Shown: positions 42,731-54,315, counted from the stretch's first letter. The stretch: 64,000 nt of DNA from an uncultured Chloroflexia bacterium (GCA_963767985.1 CAVYGE010000002.1:169211-233210), one strand, 5' to 3'. Numbers and translations are program-made. Notes: generated by a model from the letters alone, not told the origin.

Positions 42731-44282
42731 GATGCGCCGCCCGCTCGCCGATCGGCACCTCGGCATTCGATCCGCGGCCCAGCAGGCCGTAGGCGGCACG
42801 CACCAGCGACGGCTCGTCGGCATCGGCGGCCGTCGATCTCGGCCGACGATCCGTCCGCCGAAGATGACGATGGCGCGGTCGCAGACCAGCTGAATCTCCT
42901 CCAGCTCGGAGGTGTAGAGCAGGACCGCCGACTCCGGCTCGCGCCAGGTCACGCACGAGCCGATAGATCTGGCGCTTCGTGCGGATGTCGATGCCGCGCG
43001 TCGGGTCGAAGCAGAGCAGGGTCTCGACGCCACTCGGCGATCCAGCGCGCGATCGTCGACCTTCTGCTGGTTGCCGCCGGACAGGCGTCGAACCTCCCGA
43101 CTGCGCACGCGTGTCGATCTGCAGTCGTTCGATCGCGCGCTGAACGCGGCTCCGCTCGGCCCGGACGCGAGATCGGTCCCCAGCTCCGCTGCGCCGGAGA
43201 ACGAGGGCAAGGCGATGTTCTCGCGCACCGACCGCTGAGCCAGCAGGGCGTCGGCGCGATCCGCCGCGACGTAGACCGACGCCCGCCCGAATCGCATCGG
43301 CGGGGTGGCTGAAACGAGACGGGCTTGCCGTCGACCAGGAGCTCGCCGCCGGTCCGGCCGGCGATCACCCGCCAGGATCTCGAAGAGCTCGTCCTGGCCC
43401 TGTCCCTCGAGCGCAACGACGCCGAGCACCTCGCCGCGGCGCGACGTCGAACGAGACGTCGCGCAGCGTCGTCCCCGACTGCAGACCCCGAACCTCCAGG
43501 GCCGCGGGTCACGTCCGTCGTGGACGCCGTCGCCGATGCGCCCGCCACGGCTGCCTCCCCGGGGCCGGACGGGCCGAGCATCAGCTCCACGATCTGCTTC
43601 TCGGCACCGGGTGACATCGACCACGCCGACCGTCTCGCCGTCGCGCAGCACCGTCGCGCGGTCGCAGAGGGAGGCGGATCTCGGCATGCGATGAGAGATG
43701 AAGATCACCGATCGCGCTGCCGCCCCGTTCGTTGGAGACGCGCTCAAGCACACGTATCGCTGAGGTTCGCGGGCAGTGCGGCGGTCATCTCGTCGAGGAG
43801 CAGGATGTCGGGTTCGATCGCGAGGGCGCGCGCCAGGTCGATGATGCGGAGCGACGCCAGCGGCAGATCGCGGCGGGCCAGGCGGTCGAGGTCGATGGTC
43901 CGCCAGGCCGAGGCCGTCGAGCCCGCGCGGAACGGGTCAAGCGGCGTCTCGGTGAGCCGCAGGTTGGATCGACGGTCGAGGTCCGGCATCAGGGCCGGCT
44001 CCTGGTAGACCGAGACGATCCCGTTTCGTCTCGCCGTCTGCCGGCGAATGCATGTCGCGGGCGTCCCGCCACGACGATCGAGCCGCCATCGGGTCGGACC
44101 GCGCCGGTGAGGATCTTGACCAGGGTGCTCTTGCCGGCGCCGTTCGCACCCATCAGGGCGTGAATCTCTCCGGGTCGGACGTCGAGCGATGCGTTGCGCA
44201 GCGCGACCACGGCACCGTACGTCTTCGAGACGCCGGTCGCTTCGAGCAGCAGGTCCGTGGTCGGGGCGGCGGAGGCGGTCAT
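42727..44282 (-). CDS. Sugar ABC transporter ATPase (RbsA type), multiple indels
   Basis: [52 protein letters not shown]. Confidence 0.82.
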
Positions 44283-44301
44283 TGGGTACCTGGTGTGAGG
44301 T

Positions 44302-44336
44302 GTGGGGAATGCCGGCGCTGAGCCGGCACTCCCCAC
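44302..44336 (-). terminator. Hairpin between substrate-binding protein and ATPase genes (terminator or mRNA stabiliser)
   Basis: GTGGGGA-ATGCCGGC...GCCGGCAC-TCCCCAC inverted repeat; weak U-tract. Confidence 0.45.
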
Positions 44337-44360
44337 GATTCGCTACGAACGTGGCGAGTT

Positions 44361-45485
44361 CTACATCCTCGCCCGGACCGGCACAGGCGATCGCCTGCTC
44401 CGGGGTGTACGTCGTGAAGCCCTCGATCTCGAGGCCGAGCGGCCACAGCGGATCGAGACCGTCGACCTGCCACGACTCGAGCAGCGAGCGACCGTCGTCC
44501 GAGGTGTTGTCGGCCACGACCGGATCGAGCAGCACGGTGTTCGGCTGATCGGCATCCTCCGCCGTCTCAACGGTGCCTCGCCATTGAGCAGCTTGAGCGC
44601 CAGGTTGACGCCGGCGCCGCCGACGGCCGCGGTGTTCGTCACCGCCGCGCCCTCGAGGCCCGGATAGTTCTCCTCGTCGAGCAGCTGCGCGACGAACGCA
44701 CCGAGGTCGGCGCCGACGATCGGCACGAATTCCTCGTTCGCGGCCTGGATGGCGTCAACGACCTGCGATGTCCATGCCCGAGGTCCAGATGCCATTGATG
44801 TCCGCGTACTGACCGCTTCCGAGGAAGTCGTTGATCAGCTGCGTTGTGGTGGCGGGATCCCAACCAGTGTGGACTCCCTCCTCGTTCGGAACGACCGTGA
44901 TGCCCGGGTTCTCGTCCAGCGCACGCTGGAACCCGATGTGGCGGTCGCTGTCGGCCGGGTGGCCGGCAAGACCGCGCATGTAGTACACGGTTCCCTCGCC
45001 GCCGAGCTGCTCGAACAGCCACGAGGCGCCGAGGTACGCGTACTCGACCTGGTTGTTGTAGAGGTTGTAGGTGTCCTCGTTGGTGACGAAGGCGTCGACC
45101 GACGACCGTCGTGATGCCCGCGGCCTGGGCCTCCTCCAGCGCCGGGTTCAGCGCCTCGGGGTCATTCGGGTTGAAGACGATCGCATCGACGTCCGCGGCG
45201 ATGAGGTCGCGGAGGTCCGCGAGCTGGCCGGCCGCATCGGTGTTGCGGTGGATCGTGTTGAGGTCGGTGACCTGGCCGGAGGCGAGCGCCTCGCCTTGCG
45301 GTGCAGACCTGCTCCTCACGGAAGCCGTTGCCCACGCCACCGGCATTCGAGATAGCCGATATGGTGTAGCTGTCGTCTCCGGTTCCGTCGCCGGAGCCCG
45401 AGGCGCCGGCGCCACCGCACGCGGCGAGCACGAGCACGCTCGCGAACGCGAGCGCCGGCATGCGGCGATTCTGAAATAGGTTCAT
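44361..45485 (-). CDS. Sugar ABC transporter substrate-binding lipoprotein, multiple indels, 3' end approximate
   Basis: Signal peptide with lipobox VLAAC; NGFREEQ, VDAIVFNP, RGLAGHPADSDR, GW fragments of the RbsB-like fold. Confidence 0.78.
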
Positions 45486-45583
45486 CGAGGTTTGAACTCC
45501 TTTTCGTGTGGACCTGTCGGTTCGCAGCTGGACACCGCGACTCTGAGACTGATGAGACGCTCCGTCCTCGGTCGTACGCTTCG

Positions 45584-46390
45584 TCATCCACCTCCTGGTT
45601 GCTTGTCGATCGCACGGGCGATTCGCCGAGCATGCTCTCGGTAGGCCTGGTCGAACAGCGTCCGGGATCGTTCCTCGCCGACGACCGTCGCGCGGGTGAG
45701 GACCGGCGGCATCGCATCTCGCTCCACCAGGAGCTCCGCGACCCGGACCTTGATGGCGTTGACGATCGCGACCGCCGCGATCGTCGACCCCGGTCCGACC
45801 GGGGTGTCGAGGCCGTCGATGGCGCACAGCGCGTCGGCGGCCGGAGTGCAGAGGTCGATCACGAGATCGGCCTCGTCGAGCAGGCGGCTCCCGGGGATCC
45901 GCGACGGCTCCGAAGCCATTGATTGCGCCACCGAAGTGACCGCGATGACGCGCAATCCGCGGGCGCGCCCTCCTCGTGCCATCTCGATCGGCACGGCGGA
46001 CAGCCCGCTGGCGGAGAAGATGATGAGGACGTCATGCTCGCCGAACGTGAAGTTACTGAGGATGACCTCCGCCAGCCCCGGCGTGCGCTCGATGAACATC
46101 GCCTGGCGCTGTCCGTTGGCACCCACCACCTGGGTATGGAACGTCATCGAGAGCTCGACCATCGGGTTGAACCCCGGGTACGAGCCGTAGCGCGGAAACA
46201 TCTCCTCGACCGGGATGCGCGAGTGGCCGGTGCCGAAGAGGTGGACCAGGCCGTCCGCGGCGATCGCATCGGCGCACCACTGGCTGGCCCGCTCGATCGG
46301 CTCCGCCTGGGTCTGCGCAAGGCGCTCGAGAACGGCCGTGGCCTCGCCGATCCATGGCATCGCCCGCGTCGTCGTGCCCACGCCGTCCAC
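45584..46390 (-). CDS. SIS-domain sugar isomerase
   Basis: HLFGTGHS, IFSASG, PIEMA, VIAVTS, ADLVID, GPGSTI. Confidence 0.85.
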   Translation of the reverse strand: MDGVGTTTRAMPWIGEATAVLERLAQTQAEPIERASQWCADAIAADGLVHLFGTGHSRIPVEEMFPRYGSYPGFNPMVELSMTFHTQVVGANGQRQAMFIERTPGLAEVILSNFTFGEHDVLIIFSASGLSAVPIEMARGGRARGLRVIAVTSVAQSMASEPSRIPGSRLLDEADLVIDLCTPAADALCAIDGLDTPVGPGSTIAAVAIVNAIKVRVAELLVERDAMPPVLTRATVVGEERSRTLFDQAYREHARRIARAIDKQPGGG

Positions 46391-46392
46391 GC

Positions 46393-47133
46393 TCAGTACC
46401 CGCCCTCGTCGGTCGCGGAGCCGGCGGCGACGGTCGATCCGGCGCGACGCGCGCGGTACTCGTCGATGATCGGCTTGGTCTGCGTGGCGCCGATCCGCGT
46501 GACGCCGAGCGCCATCACGGCCAGCAGGTCGTCCAGCGTCCGGACCCCGCCCGCCGCCTTGACCCCGATGTGCGGAGAGGTGTGCTCGCGCATCAGCCGC
46601 AGGTCCTCGTGCGTCGCGCCGCTGGGAGCGAACCCGGTCGAGGTCTTCACGAACTCGGCACCGGCGGCCTCCGTCAGCTGGCAGGCACGGATCTTCTCCT
46701 CGTCGGTGAGGTAGGCGTTCTCGAAGATCACCTTGACGATGGCTCCCCGGCCATGGGCAACCTCGACCACGGCGGCAATATCGGCCTGCACCTCGGCATC
46801 ACGGCCGGCCTTGAGTGCGCCGATCTGGAGGACCATGTCGAGCTCGGTTGCTCCGTCGTCGAGCGCCCGCTCGGCCTCGAACACCTTGGTCTCGGTCCGG
46901 TGGTTGCCGTGGGGGAAGCCGATGGTCGTCCCGACCGCGACGTCCGTTCCGGCCAGGAGCTCGTGGGCGCGTGCGACGTCCGCCGGGCGGACGCAGACCG
47001 ATGCGACGTCGTACTCGGCAGCCAGCCGGCATCCGTCCTCGACGAACGCGTCGTCGAGCTCCGGGCGAAGGAGCGAGTGGTCGATCGTCTTGGCGAGCTG
47101 GCGCTCAGTGACGTCGTCGATGGACAGGGTCAT
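46393..47133 (-). CDS. deoC: Deoxyribose-phosphate aldolase family
   Basis: IDHSLL.P, VCVRP, IGFPHG, GA.ELDMV, VKVIFE, FVKTSTGF, VKAAGGVR, RIGA. Confidence 0.9.
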   Translation of the reverse strand: MTLSIDDVTERQLAKTIDHSLLRPELDDAFVEDGCRLAAEYDVASVCVRPADVARAHELLAGTDVAVGTTIGFPHGNHRTETKVFEAERALDDGATELDMVLQIGALKAGRDAEVQADIAAVVEVAHGRGAIVKVIFENAYLTDEEKIRACQLTEAAGAEFVKTSTGFAPSGATHEDLRLMREHTSPHIGVKAAGGVRTLDDLLAVMALGVTRIGATQTKPIIDEYRARRAGSTVAAGSATDEGGY

Positions 47134-47140
47134 GCGCTCC

Positions 47141-48055
47141 TCACTTGATCCACGGCCGCAGGACGTCGCGGGCGATGAGGAACCCGCGCTTCACGAGCTC
47201 GTCGGTGCCTTCGAAGTCCTTGTCCTCGTGCTCGATGATGATGTCGCCGTCGTACTTCGCCCGATACAGGGCGGAGAAGATCTCGCTCCAATCGGCGTCG
47301 CCAAGCCCGGGCAGCCGCGGAACCTGCCAGCCGATGCCGCCCGACAGCGTGCCGCGCTCGTAGAGCCCGTCGCGGTCGACCTGGACGTCCTTGGCCTGCA
47401 CGTGGAGGATGTGCGGCCCGAACTCGCGGATGAACCGCGCCTGGTCGATCATCAGCCATACGAGGTGCGACGGATCGTAGTTCAGCCCGACAGTCCCGCC
47501 CCACTGGTCGATGATCTTGCGCCAGATGTACGGCGACCAGGCGATGTTGTTGCCGGCCGGCCACTCGTCGCGGCTGAAGATCATCGGGCAGTTCTCGATC
47601 GTGACCTTCACGCCGTGCTCGCGGGCGTGGTCGACGATGCTCGGCCAGATGTCGAGCGCGGACTCCCAGTTCTCGTCCTGGCTCTTGCGCGGGTCGCCGC
47701 CCATGAACGTGTTGAAGAACGGGACGCCCATCTTCGAGGCGGCCTCGATGACGAGCTTCATGTGGGCGATCGCGGCTTCCCTGACCTCGTCGTCGGGATG
47801 CAGCGGGTTCGGATAGAAGCCAAGCCCCGAGATGGCGAGCCCCGTGCCGGCGACCTCGTCCACGATCTCGGTCGCGCGCTGCGGCGAGAGGTCGGTCACG
47901 TCGATGTGCGACGTACCGGCGTACTTCCGAGAGGAACCACTTGACGGTGGCCAGCAGGCGATCTCGAGGCTCTCGAAGCCGCTGGCCGACGCCCAGGCGG
48001 CCACCTCGCGGAGCGGCGTGTCGGGGAACGGAGCGGTCAGGAAGCCCAGCCTCAT
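47141..48055 (-). CDS. Sugar phosphate isomerase/epimerase (xylose-isomerase-like TIM barrel)
   Basis: IENCPM, GLNYDPSHL, HVQAKD, RLPGLG..DW, IEHED. Confidence 0.88.
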   Translation of the reverse strand: MRLGFLTAPFPDTPLREVAAWASASGFESLEIACWPPSSGSSRKYAGTSHIDVTDLSPQRATEIVDEVAGTGLAISGLGFYPNPLHPDDEVREAAIAHMKLVIEAASKMGVPFFNTFMGGDPRKSQDENWESALDIWPSIVDHAREHGVKVTIENCPMIFSRDEWPAGNNIAWSPYIWRKIIDQWGGTVGLNYDPSHLVWLMIDQARFIREFGPHILHVQAKDVQVDRDGLYERGTLSGGIGWQVPRLPGLGDADWSEIFSALYRAKYDGDIIIEHEDKDFEGTDELVKRGFLIARDVLRPWIK

Positions 48056-48080
48056 CGAGGATCCTCCAGCGTGATCGGGA

Positions 48081-49241
48081 TCATGCCGCGCGCTCCACGT
48101 CCACCCAGCGGCCCTCGCGCGCGCTGGCGGCGACCGCATCGCCGACGAGCATCTCGTCGTGGCCGTCCGCAAAGGTCGCATAGGGAGGGCGATCCGATGG
48201 GCCGCCCGCGACGACATCGGTGTAGATGGCGTTGAACAGAGCGCGGAAGGTATCGGCGAAGCCCTCGACGTGTCCGGCAGGCAGCGCGGAGGCGGCGGCG
48301 GCGGCCGGACCCATCATCGCCGGGTTGCGAATGAGGATCTCGTTCGGGACCTCGCGGTGGCCGATCCACAGCTGGTCGGGCTGCTCGGAGTCCCATGCGG
48401 CCGCGCTGTCCGATCCCGCGATCTCGTACTGCAGCGAGTTCTTGCGACCCGGGCTGAGCTGGCTGATGGCCACCGAACCGCGCGCCCCGTTCTCGAAGCG
48501 CAGCAGGATGGTGGCGGTGTCCTCCGTCTCGATGGCGCGCTCGACCGTGTCCCCGGCGCGCTCGGTTGAGAAGGTCTCGACCGGGCCGGACGGCTGCTGG
48601 CGCGTGGTGATGAACGTCGCGAGATCGGCCATGACGGACACAACGCGCTGGCCGGTGATGAAGGTCAGCAGGTCCAGCCAGTGCGAGCCGATATCGCCGA
48701 CGGCCCGCAGCGCCCCGCCCCGATCGGGCTCGAGACGCCAGTTCCAGTCGGTCGCCAGCAGCAGCCAGTCCTGGAAGTAGCGCCCGGTGACGAGGCGCAC
48801 GTCGCCGAGCGAGCCCGACGCGACCATCTCGCGCGCATGCTGGTTCACCGGATAGAAGCGGATGTTGAAGTTCACCGCGGCGACCCGGTTGCTCTCCGCG
48901 GCCAGGCGCACGAGATGGGCGGACTCCACGGACGTCAGGGCCAGCGGCTTCTCGCACACCACGTGGCGGCCGGCGGCCAGGATCTCGCACACCTGGTCGT
49001 GGTGCAGGTGGTTCGGCGACGTCACGTGGACGACCTCGACCCGATCATCGCCCAGAAGCTCGGCGAGGCTTGCGTATCCCTTCGGGACGCCCAGCTGCTC
49101 GGCGCGCGCCGCGGCACGCTCGGGGCTGGAGCCGAGAAGGCCGTGTACCTGCACGCCGAGACGACGAAGCGCCTCGACATGCACGGTGCCGATGAACCCA
49201 CTGCCGATGACGGCAGCGCCGACGTGGCTCGGGCTCTTCAC
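48081..49241 (-). CDS. Gfo/Idh/MocA oxidoreductase
   Basis: GSGFIG, SPNHLH, CEKPL, YFQDW, DIGSHWLD. Confidence 0.9.
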   Translation of the reverse strand: MKSPSHVGAAVIGSGFIGTVHVEALRRLGVQVHGLLGSSPERAAARAEQLGVPKGYASLAELLGDDRVEVVHVTSPNHLHHDQVCEILAAGRHVVCEKPLALTSVESAHLVRLAAESNRVAAVNFNIRFYPVNQHAREMVASGSLGDVRLVTGRYFQDWLLLATDWNWRLEPDRGGALRAVGDIGSHWLDLLTFITGQRVVSVMADLATFITTRQQPSGPVETFSTERAGDTVERAIETEDTATILLRFENGARGSVAISQLSPGRKNSLQYEIAGSDSAAAWDSEQPDQLWIGHREVPNEILIRNPAMMGPAAAAASALPAGHVEGFADTFRALFNAIYTDVVAGGPSDRPPYATFADGHDEMLVGDAVAASAREGRWVDVERAA

Positions 49242-49326
49242 CGAGGTCCCAGGGTATCTAGCCGTCTAGATGACTCCGGCGCACAGTGAGGCCTACGAAA
49301 GCTCGGGGGATGCACGAATGCATCGT

Positions 49327-49351
49327 ACTTCGGCCTGTCAAGCGCAAAAGT
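49327..49351. promoter_or_regulatory. Putative ROK repressor operator
   Basis: ACTT-N17-AAGT (25 bp) enclosing a minus-strand TTGACA, between the divergent ROK repressor and the catabolic operon. Confidence 0.45.
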
Positions 49352-49389
49352 TCGCTCACGCGCGTCCTGGCGCCGTATGATCACCCCCA

Positions 49390-50676
49390 ATGGACGAGAA
49401 GTTCGCGGCGCAGCCACCGGTCGAGGAGGCCCTCGACACGCTGTCCTCGGTCCTGGACGAGATCCGATCGGCGCGTTCGCGGTCCCGCGCCGAGATCGCG
49501 GCGCGCACCGGCCTGAGCCGCGGCGTCGTTGCCCAGCGCGTGAGCGAGCTGATCGGCGCCGGCCTGGTGGTGGAGGGCGACTACGGTCCCAGCACCGGTG
49601 GGCGGCCGCCACGCCAGATCTCGTTCCGCGCCGACGCCGGGCACGTCCTGGTCGCCGACCTGGGAGCGACGAGCATCGACGTGGCCGTGACCGATCTCGA
49701 CGGCCGGATCCTGGGTCATCGCGACGAGCCCTCCGATATCGCCACCGGCCCGGAGCACTGCCTCGATCGCGTCGACGAGCTGTTCGACGAGCTCACATCG
49801 GCCACGCGCGACCTGCCCGGTCGGCTGTGGGGCATCGGCATCGGCGTTCCGGGTCCGGTGGAGTTCGGGAGCGGGCGGCCCGTCTCGCCGCCGATCATGC
49901 CCGGCTGGGACGGCTATCCGGTCCGCGAGCGCTTCGCATCGCGCCGAGCGGCGCCGGTCTGGGTCGACAACGACGTGAACCTTCTCGCCCTCGGCGAGTG
50001 GCGCTCGGGGATCGCCGTGGGCCACGACAACGTGGTGGTGGTGAAGATCGGCACCGGTATCGGGGCCGGGATCATCTCGAACGGCAGGATCCACCGCGGG
50101 GCGCAGGGCTCGGCCGGCGACATCGGCCACATCCAGGTCGTCGACGACGCCAGCGTCACCTGCCGCTGCGGCAACATCGGCTGCCTGGAGGCGCTCGCGG
50201 GCGGATCGGCCCTGGGACGCATCGGCGAGGCGCTGGCCGCCGAGGGCCGAAGCGATCGGCTCGCCGCGGCCATGGACCAGCGCGGGCGCGTCAGCGCCGA
50301 GGACGTGGCTCGCGCGGCGTCATTCGGCGATCCGGCGGCCGTGGGCCTTCTCCAGGACGCGGGCCATCGGGTCGGTCTGACCCTGGCGAGCGTCGTCAAC
50401 TTCTTCAATCCCTCGCTCATCGTCATCGGCGGCGGGGTGGCGCAGAGCGGAGACCAGCTGCTGGCCGCGATCCGCGAGACGGTCTATCGCCGATCGCTGC
50501 CGCTTGCAACGCGCGACCTGCTCGTCAAGCGGTCGTCACTCGGGGCGCTGGCCGGCGTGATCGGGGCATCTTCGATGGTCGTCGAACAGCTCTTCGCGCG
50601 CGACGCGATCGCGCGCTGGCTCCATGCCGGGGAGCCCGCCGGCCTGCCGGAGGACCTCCTGGTCGCGGGCGCCTGA
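49390..50676 (+). CDS. ROK family transcriptional repressor (HTH + ROK)
   Basis: [13 protein letters not shown]...[35 protein letters not shown]; TATGAT box 8 nt before the ATG. Confidence 0.92.
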   Translation: MDEKFAAQPPVEEALDTLSSVLDEIRSARSRSRAEIAARTGLSRGVVAQRVSELIGAGLVVEGDYGPSTGGRPPRQISFRADAGHVLVADLGATSIDVAVTDLDGRILGHRDEPSDIATGPEHCLDRVDELFDELTSATRDLPGRLWGIGIGVPGPVEFGSGRPVSPPIMPGWDGYPVRERFASRRAAPVWVDNDVNLLALGEWRSGIAVGHDNVVVVKIGTGIGAGIISNGRIHRGAQGSAGDIGHIQVVDDASVTCRCGNIGCLEALAGGSALGRIGEALAAEGRSDRLAAAMDQRGRVSAEDVARAASFGDPAAVGLLQDAGHRVGLTLASVVNFFNPSLIVIGGGVAQSGDQLLAAIRETVYRRSLPLATRDLLVKRSSLGALAGVIGASSMVVEQLFARDAIARWLHAGEPAGLPEDLLVAGA

Positions 50677-50679
50677 CGC

Positions 50680-51883
50680 TTACCCGCCCGCGACCACCAC
50701 GTCCGCGAAGTCGCCCGAGTCTGGATCCTTGAGGATCATCTTCAGCCGGCCGTCGGGTAGCGTCTCGCGCTTGATGACGACCTTGCCCTCGTGGAGCTCG
50801 GGCTCGCGGCCGATCCGCTCGGTCGTCCCGCCGCGCCACTCGAACAGCTCGACCGGCTCCCAGGCTCGGCTCTCCGCGGAGCGATAGCAGGCGTCCATGA
50901 TCGCGTTCACAACGTAGCCGTCGTACATCGTCTCGCGCGGCTGCCCGCCGGCGTCGATGGCGTTGAACATGTCGCTGAACATGTCGACATAGCCCAGCTC
51001 GCTCACCTCGTCTCCCACCGGGAAGAGCCAGCCTGCGCTCGTCTCCGCCTTCTCCGCGACGTAGCCGCCCTGACCAGCCGGCGGTGAACATCTCGAAGCC
51101 GGTGCGGAGGAAGTGGTTGAGCCAGATCGTGCCGTGCGTGCCGGCCACCTCGTCGCGCAGGTCCATCCCGCCGCGGAACGTCCAGCTGACCTCGAACTGG
51201 CCCATGGCCCCCGACTCGAATCGGATGAGGGCGATGGCGTTGTCCTCGTCGTCGATCGGGTGCACGAGCGTGTCGGTGTGGCACATGACCTCGACCGGCC
51301 GGTTCCCCTTTCCGACGAAGTTGCGAATGATCTCGATGCAGTGGCAGCCGAGGTCGATGATGGCCCCGCCACCGGTGAGCCGCCCATCCCAGAACCAGGC
51401 GGAGTGCGGCCCGGGATGGGTTTCGCGCGAGCGGACCCAGGTGACGTCGCCCAGTGCTCCATCCTCGACCGCCTTGAGGGCCTTGAGCGACTTCGGCGTG
51501 TAGCACAGGTCCTCGAGATAGCCACCGAAGACACCGGCCTTCTCGACCGTCTCCAGGATCTGCTGAGCCTCCTGGGCATTGCGTCCGAGTGGCTTGGTGC
51601 ACAGCACCGGCTTACCGGCCGCCGCTGCCGCCGCCACCGCCTCCACGTGGAGGTGGTTCGGCAGTCCGACGATCACGACGTCCGTGTCCCGATGGTTGAC
51701 GGCCGCCTCGAGGTCGGTCGTGTGCTCCGGGATCCCCCACCGCTTGCTGAATGCGGCCCCGCGCGCCTCGGTCCGGGAGTAGACGACCTGGACCCGGTCG
51801 CGCCCGCGCTGGCCGTGCAACGTGGCGGTGTAGAAGTCACCGATCAGACCGGTGCCGAGCATCGTGATCCGGTGGGCGCGCAT
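50680..51883 (-). CDS. Gfo/Idh/MocA oxidoreductase (frameshift ~51080)
   Basis: [39 protein letters not shown]. Confidence 0.88.
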
Positions 51884-52165
51884 CGCTCAGGGGTTCCTCC
51901 AGGAGCTACCGATGAGGGTGGGGTCATTGATTCTAGCCGTGCCGATGCCGGCATTGGCATTGACCGCGGGTCCGGCCGAGTCTGATGATGCGGCCAATCA
52001 GTCTGGTTGACGCCCCGACCTCAAGACCTCGCCCGTCGTCGACATCCCGGTGCTGGCTGCCTCAGCGACGCTCCGGCGTTCCACACGGCGAAAGTTGAAC
52101 CGATCGGCCCGCCACACCGCCATTGCTGGTGAGCAGCCCGGAGATCCCGGGGCAACGGAGGCACG

Positions 52166-52723
52166 ATGGTGCAACGGGAGTTGGTCGACCTGGCGAGGTC
52201 CGGCGACCGAGAGGCATTCTCGGCGCTGGCCGCCAGCGTCGTGGATCGGCTCTACGCCACTGCCGTGCTCATCCTGCGCGACAGGTCGATGGCCGAGGAC
52301 GCCACCCAGGAGACAGTTGTTCGCGCCTGGCGCGACCTGCCTTCTCTCCGCGATCCTGATCGCTTCGACGCGTGGCTTCGCCGCCTGCTGATCAACGCCT
52401 GCCGCGATGAGGGCCGGCGTGAGCGGCGGCGGAGGCCGGAGATGGCGCTGCTCCCCATCCACGAGCCCGAGGTCGGCGATTCGAGCGGGGAGCTGGCGGA
52501 CCGGGACGCGCTCGAGCGCGGCTTCCGTCGGCTCTCGTCTCATCATCGTGCCGCCGTCGTGCTCCATCACTACCTCGGGCTGTCGATGCCCGAGGTGGCC
52601 GAAGCGACCGGCGTGCCACTCGGCACGGCCAAGTCGCGCGTGCACCACGCGATCCGTGCACTACGAGCCGCGCTCGAGGCCGATGCCCGCAGCGCCGGCA
52701 TGACAGGAGGCGGGACGGCATGA
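52166..52723 (+). CDS. ECF RNA polymerase sigma factor
   Basis: GDREAF, AEDATQE...AWR.LP.LRDP.RF.AWL, EVAE..GVPLGTAKSR. Confidence 0.92.
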   Translation: MVQRELVDLARSGDREAFSALAASVVDRLYATAVLILRDRSMAEDATQETVVRAWRDLPSLRDPDRFDAWLRRLLINACRDEGRRERRRRPEMALLPIHEPEVGDSSGELADRDALERGFRRLSSHHRAAVVLHHYLGLSMPEVAEATGVPLGTAKSRVHHAIRALRAALEADARSAGMTGGGTA

Positions 52724-53835
52724 ACCGCAACGACGACTTCGACCGCGTGCTCGAGTCCTGGCTCGGTCGCCAGGCACCGCGGCAGGCACCCGATCGGGTG
52801 CTCGACGCGGCCCTCGAGCGGGTCCGGGATGAGTCGCAGCGGCGGGGATGGCTGCAGCGCTTCCGGGGAGGAACCACCATGACCCTTATCTATCGCACCA
52901 GCGCGGTGGCCGCGGTGGTCGTCCTGGCCGTCCTGATCGGTCTCCAGTTCAGCAATCTCACCGATGACGACATCGGCGCCACGCCGACGCCGAGCCTATC
53001 GCCCTCGGACGATCCGAGCGCATCGGCGGCAACGAGCGCCGAACCATCCGCGGAGCCGAGCGCGGCGGCAATGGTCTTCCGCCTCCTCGGTGGCGGCGAG
53101 GCCGGCCGCGTCCACCTCATCACCGTCATGGACGACGGGCGGGTGATCACGAGCGACCCGGGTGGCGTGAACCCGCCGCTGGAACGGCGCCTCACACCGT
53201 CGGGCGTGGAACTCGTCCGCGACGAGCTCGCGGCGACCGGCCTGGCCGAGACCTCCGCCGAGTATCTGCCGGTCCCCAATCCGGGTGCGGAGCCGCCGGG
53301 CTATGGCGGGGTCGGCCCGTCGCTGGAGGTCGGCAGGTCCGATGGCGAGACGGTGGTGGTGTCGTGGTTCCTTTTCGGAGACACGGAGGACGACTACTTC
53401 CAGCCGCAGCCGGAGGCCGAAGCGCTCGATGCTCTGGCCGCCCGCCTCAGCACCCTCGAGACATGGCTGCCGGCAGAGGCATGGGCCGATGCCACGGGGG
53501 CGCCACACGAGCCGAGCGCCTACCTGATGGCGATCGACCTCGAGCCTTGGGGCGGGAGCCTCGACGAACTCCCGGTGGAGTACGCCAGCGTGTCGTGGCC
53601 GCTGGCCGGCGAGTTGGTGAACTTCGGTGCGGAGCTGAGCCCGCCGCCGTTCGAGATCCGGTGCGGGACCGTTGATGCCCAAGAGGGCGACGCCGTCATC
53701 CGAGCCCTCGAAGCGGCGGGGGCGGAACCCGGATTCGTGGGTGGGCTCGCCTTCCGGCTGGGTGACCGTGCCGGCACCCGGCACATCACCGTCTCCCTGG
53801 TTCCGGCGCTGACCGCGACCAATGACAACTGCTGA
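52720..53835 (+). CDS. Putative membrane-anchored anti-sigma factor
   Basis: ATGA-coupled to the sigma gene; short cytoplasmic N-terminus (DDFDRVLESWL...APDRVL), one TM helix, Ser/Pro linker, extracytoplasmic domain. Confidence 0.7.
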   Translation: MNRNDDFDRVLESWLGRQAPRQAPDRVLDAALERVRDESQRRGWLQRFRGGTTMTLIYRTSAVAAVVVLAVLIGLQFSNLTDDDIGATPTPSLSPSDDPSASAATSAEPSAEPSAAAMVFRLLGGGEAGRVHLITVMDDGRVITSDPGGVNPPLERRLTPSGVELVRDELAATGLAETSAEYLPVPNPGAEPPGYGGVGPSLEVGRSDGETVVVSWFLFGDTEDDYFQPQPEAEALDALAARLSTLETWLPAEAWADATGAPHEPSAYLMAIDLEPWGGSLDELPVEYASVSWPLAGELVNFGAELSPPPFEIRCGTVDAQEGDAVIRALEAAGAEPGFVGGLAFRLGDRAGTRHITVSLVPALTATNDNC

Positions 53836-53901
53836 CCATGCGTCGCCGAAACTCCGCGCGGATGCTCAGGGACGCGCACCCGACGCCGATCGACGCGCTC
53901 C

Positions 53902-54315
53902 TCAGCCCTCCGTCACCGTCAGGGTGCCAGTCATGCCCAGGCTCTCGTGGCCGGGCAGCGAGCAGAAGATCGTGTACTCACCGGGCTCGAGCTCGCCCGT
54001 GATCGTTTCCGTTCCGCCGACGCTCAGGTCCTCGGTGGCCATGAGCACCTCGCCGCCGGCATCGCGCACCGTGAAGTTGTGCGGAGTCGGGCCGTCGTTC
54101 ATCACGTTGAAGGTGACCGTGGAACCGGTGACCTCGAGGGAGGATGGCTCGAGCATGAAGTCGAGAACGCTGACCTCGATCGCATCGCCGGCGGGTGCCG
54201 TCGATTCAGATGGGGTGGTCGCGGCGGACGGAGCCGCCGACGCAGAGTCGGAGGGAGCGGCGCTGCAGGCCGCGACTCCCAGGGCGAGCAGAGGAATGAG
54301 GAACGCGCGTCGCAT
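53902..54315 (-). CDS. Cupredoxin lipoprotein (type-1 copper site)
   Basis: Lipobox VAAC; PHNF ... YTIFCSLPGHESLGM (H, C, H, M ligands). Confidence 0.9.
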   Translation of the reverse strand: MRRAFLIPLLALGVAACSAAPSDSASAAPSAATTPSESTAPAGDAIEVSVLDFMLEPSSLEVTGSTVTFNVMNDGPTPHNFTVRDAGGEVLMATEDLSVGGTETITGELEPGEYTIFCSLPGHESLGMTGTLTVTEG

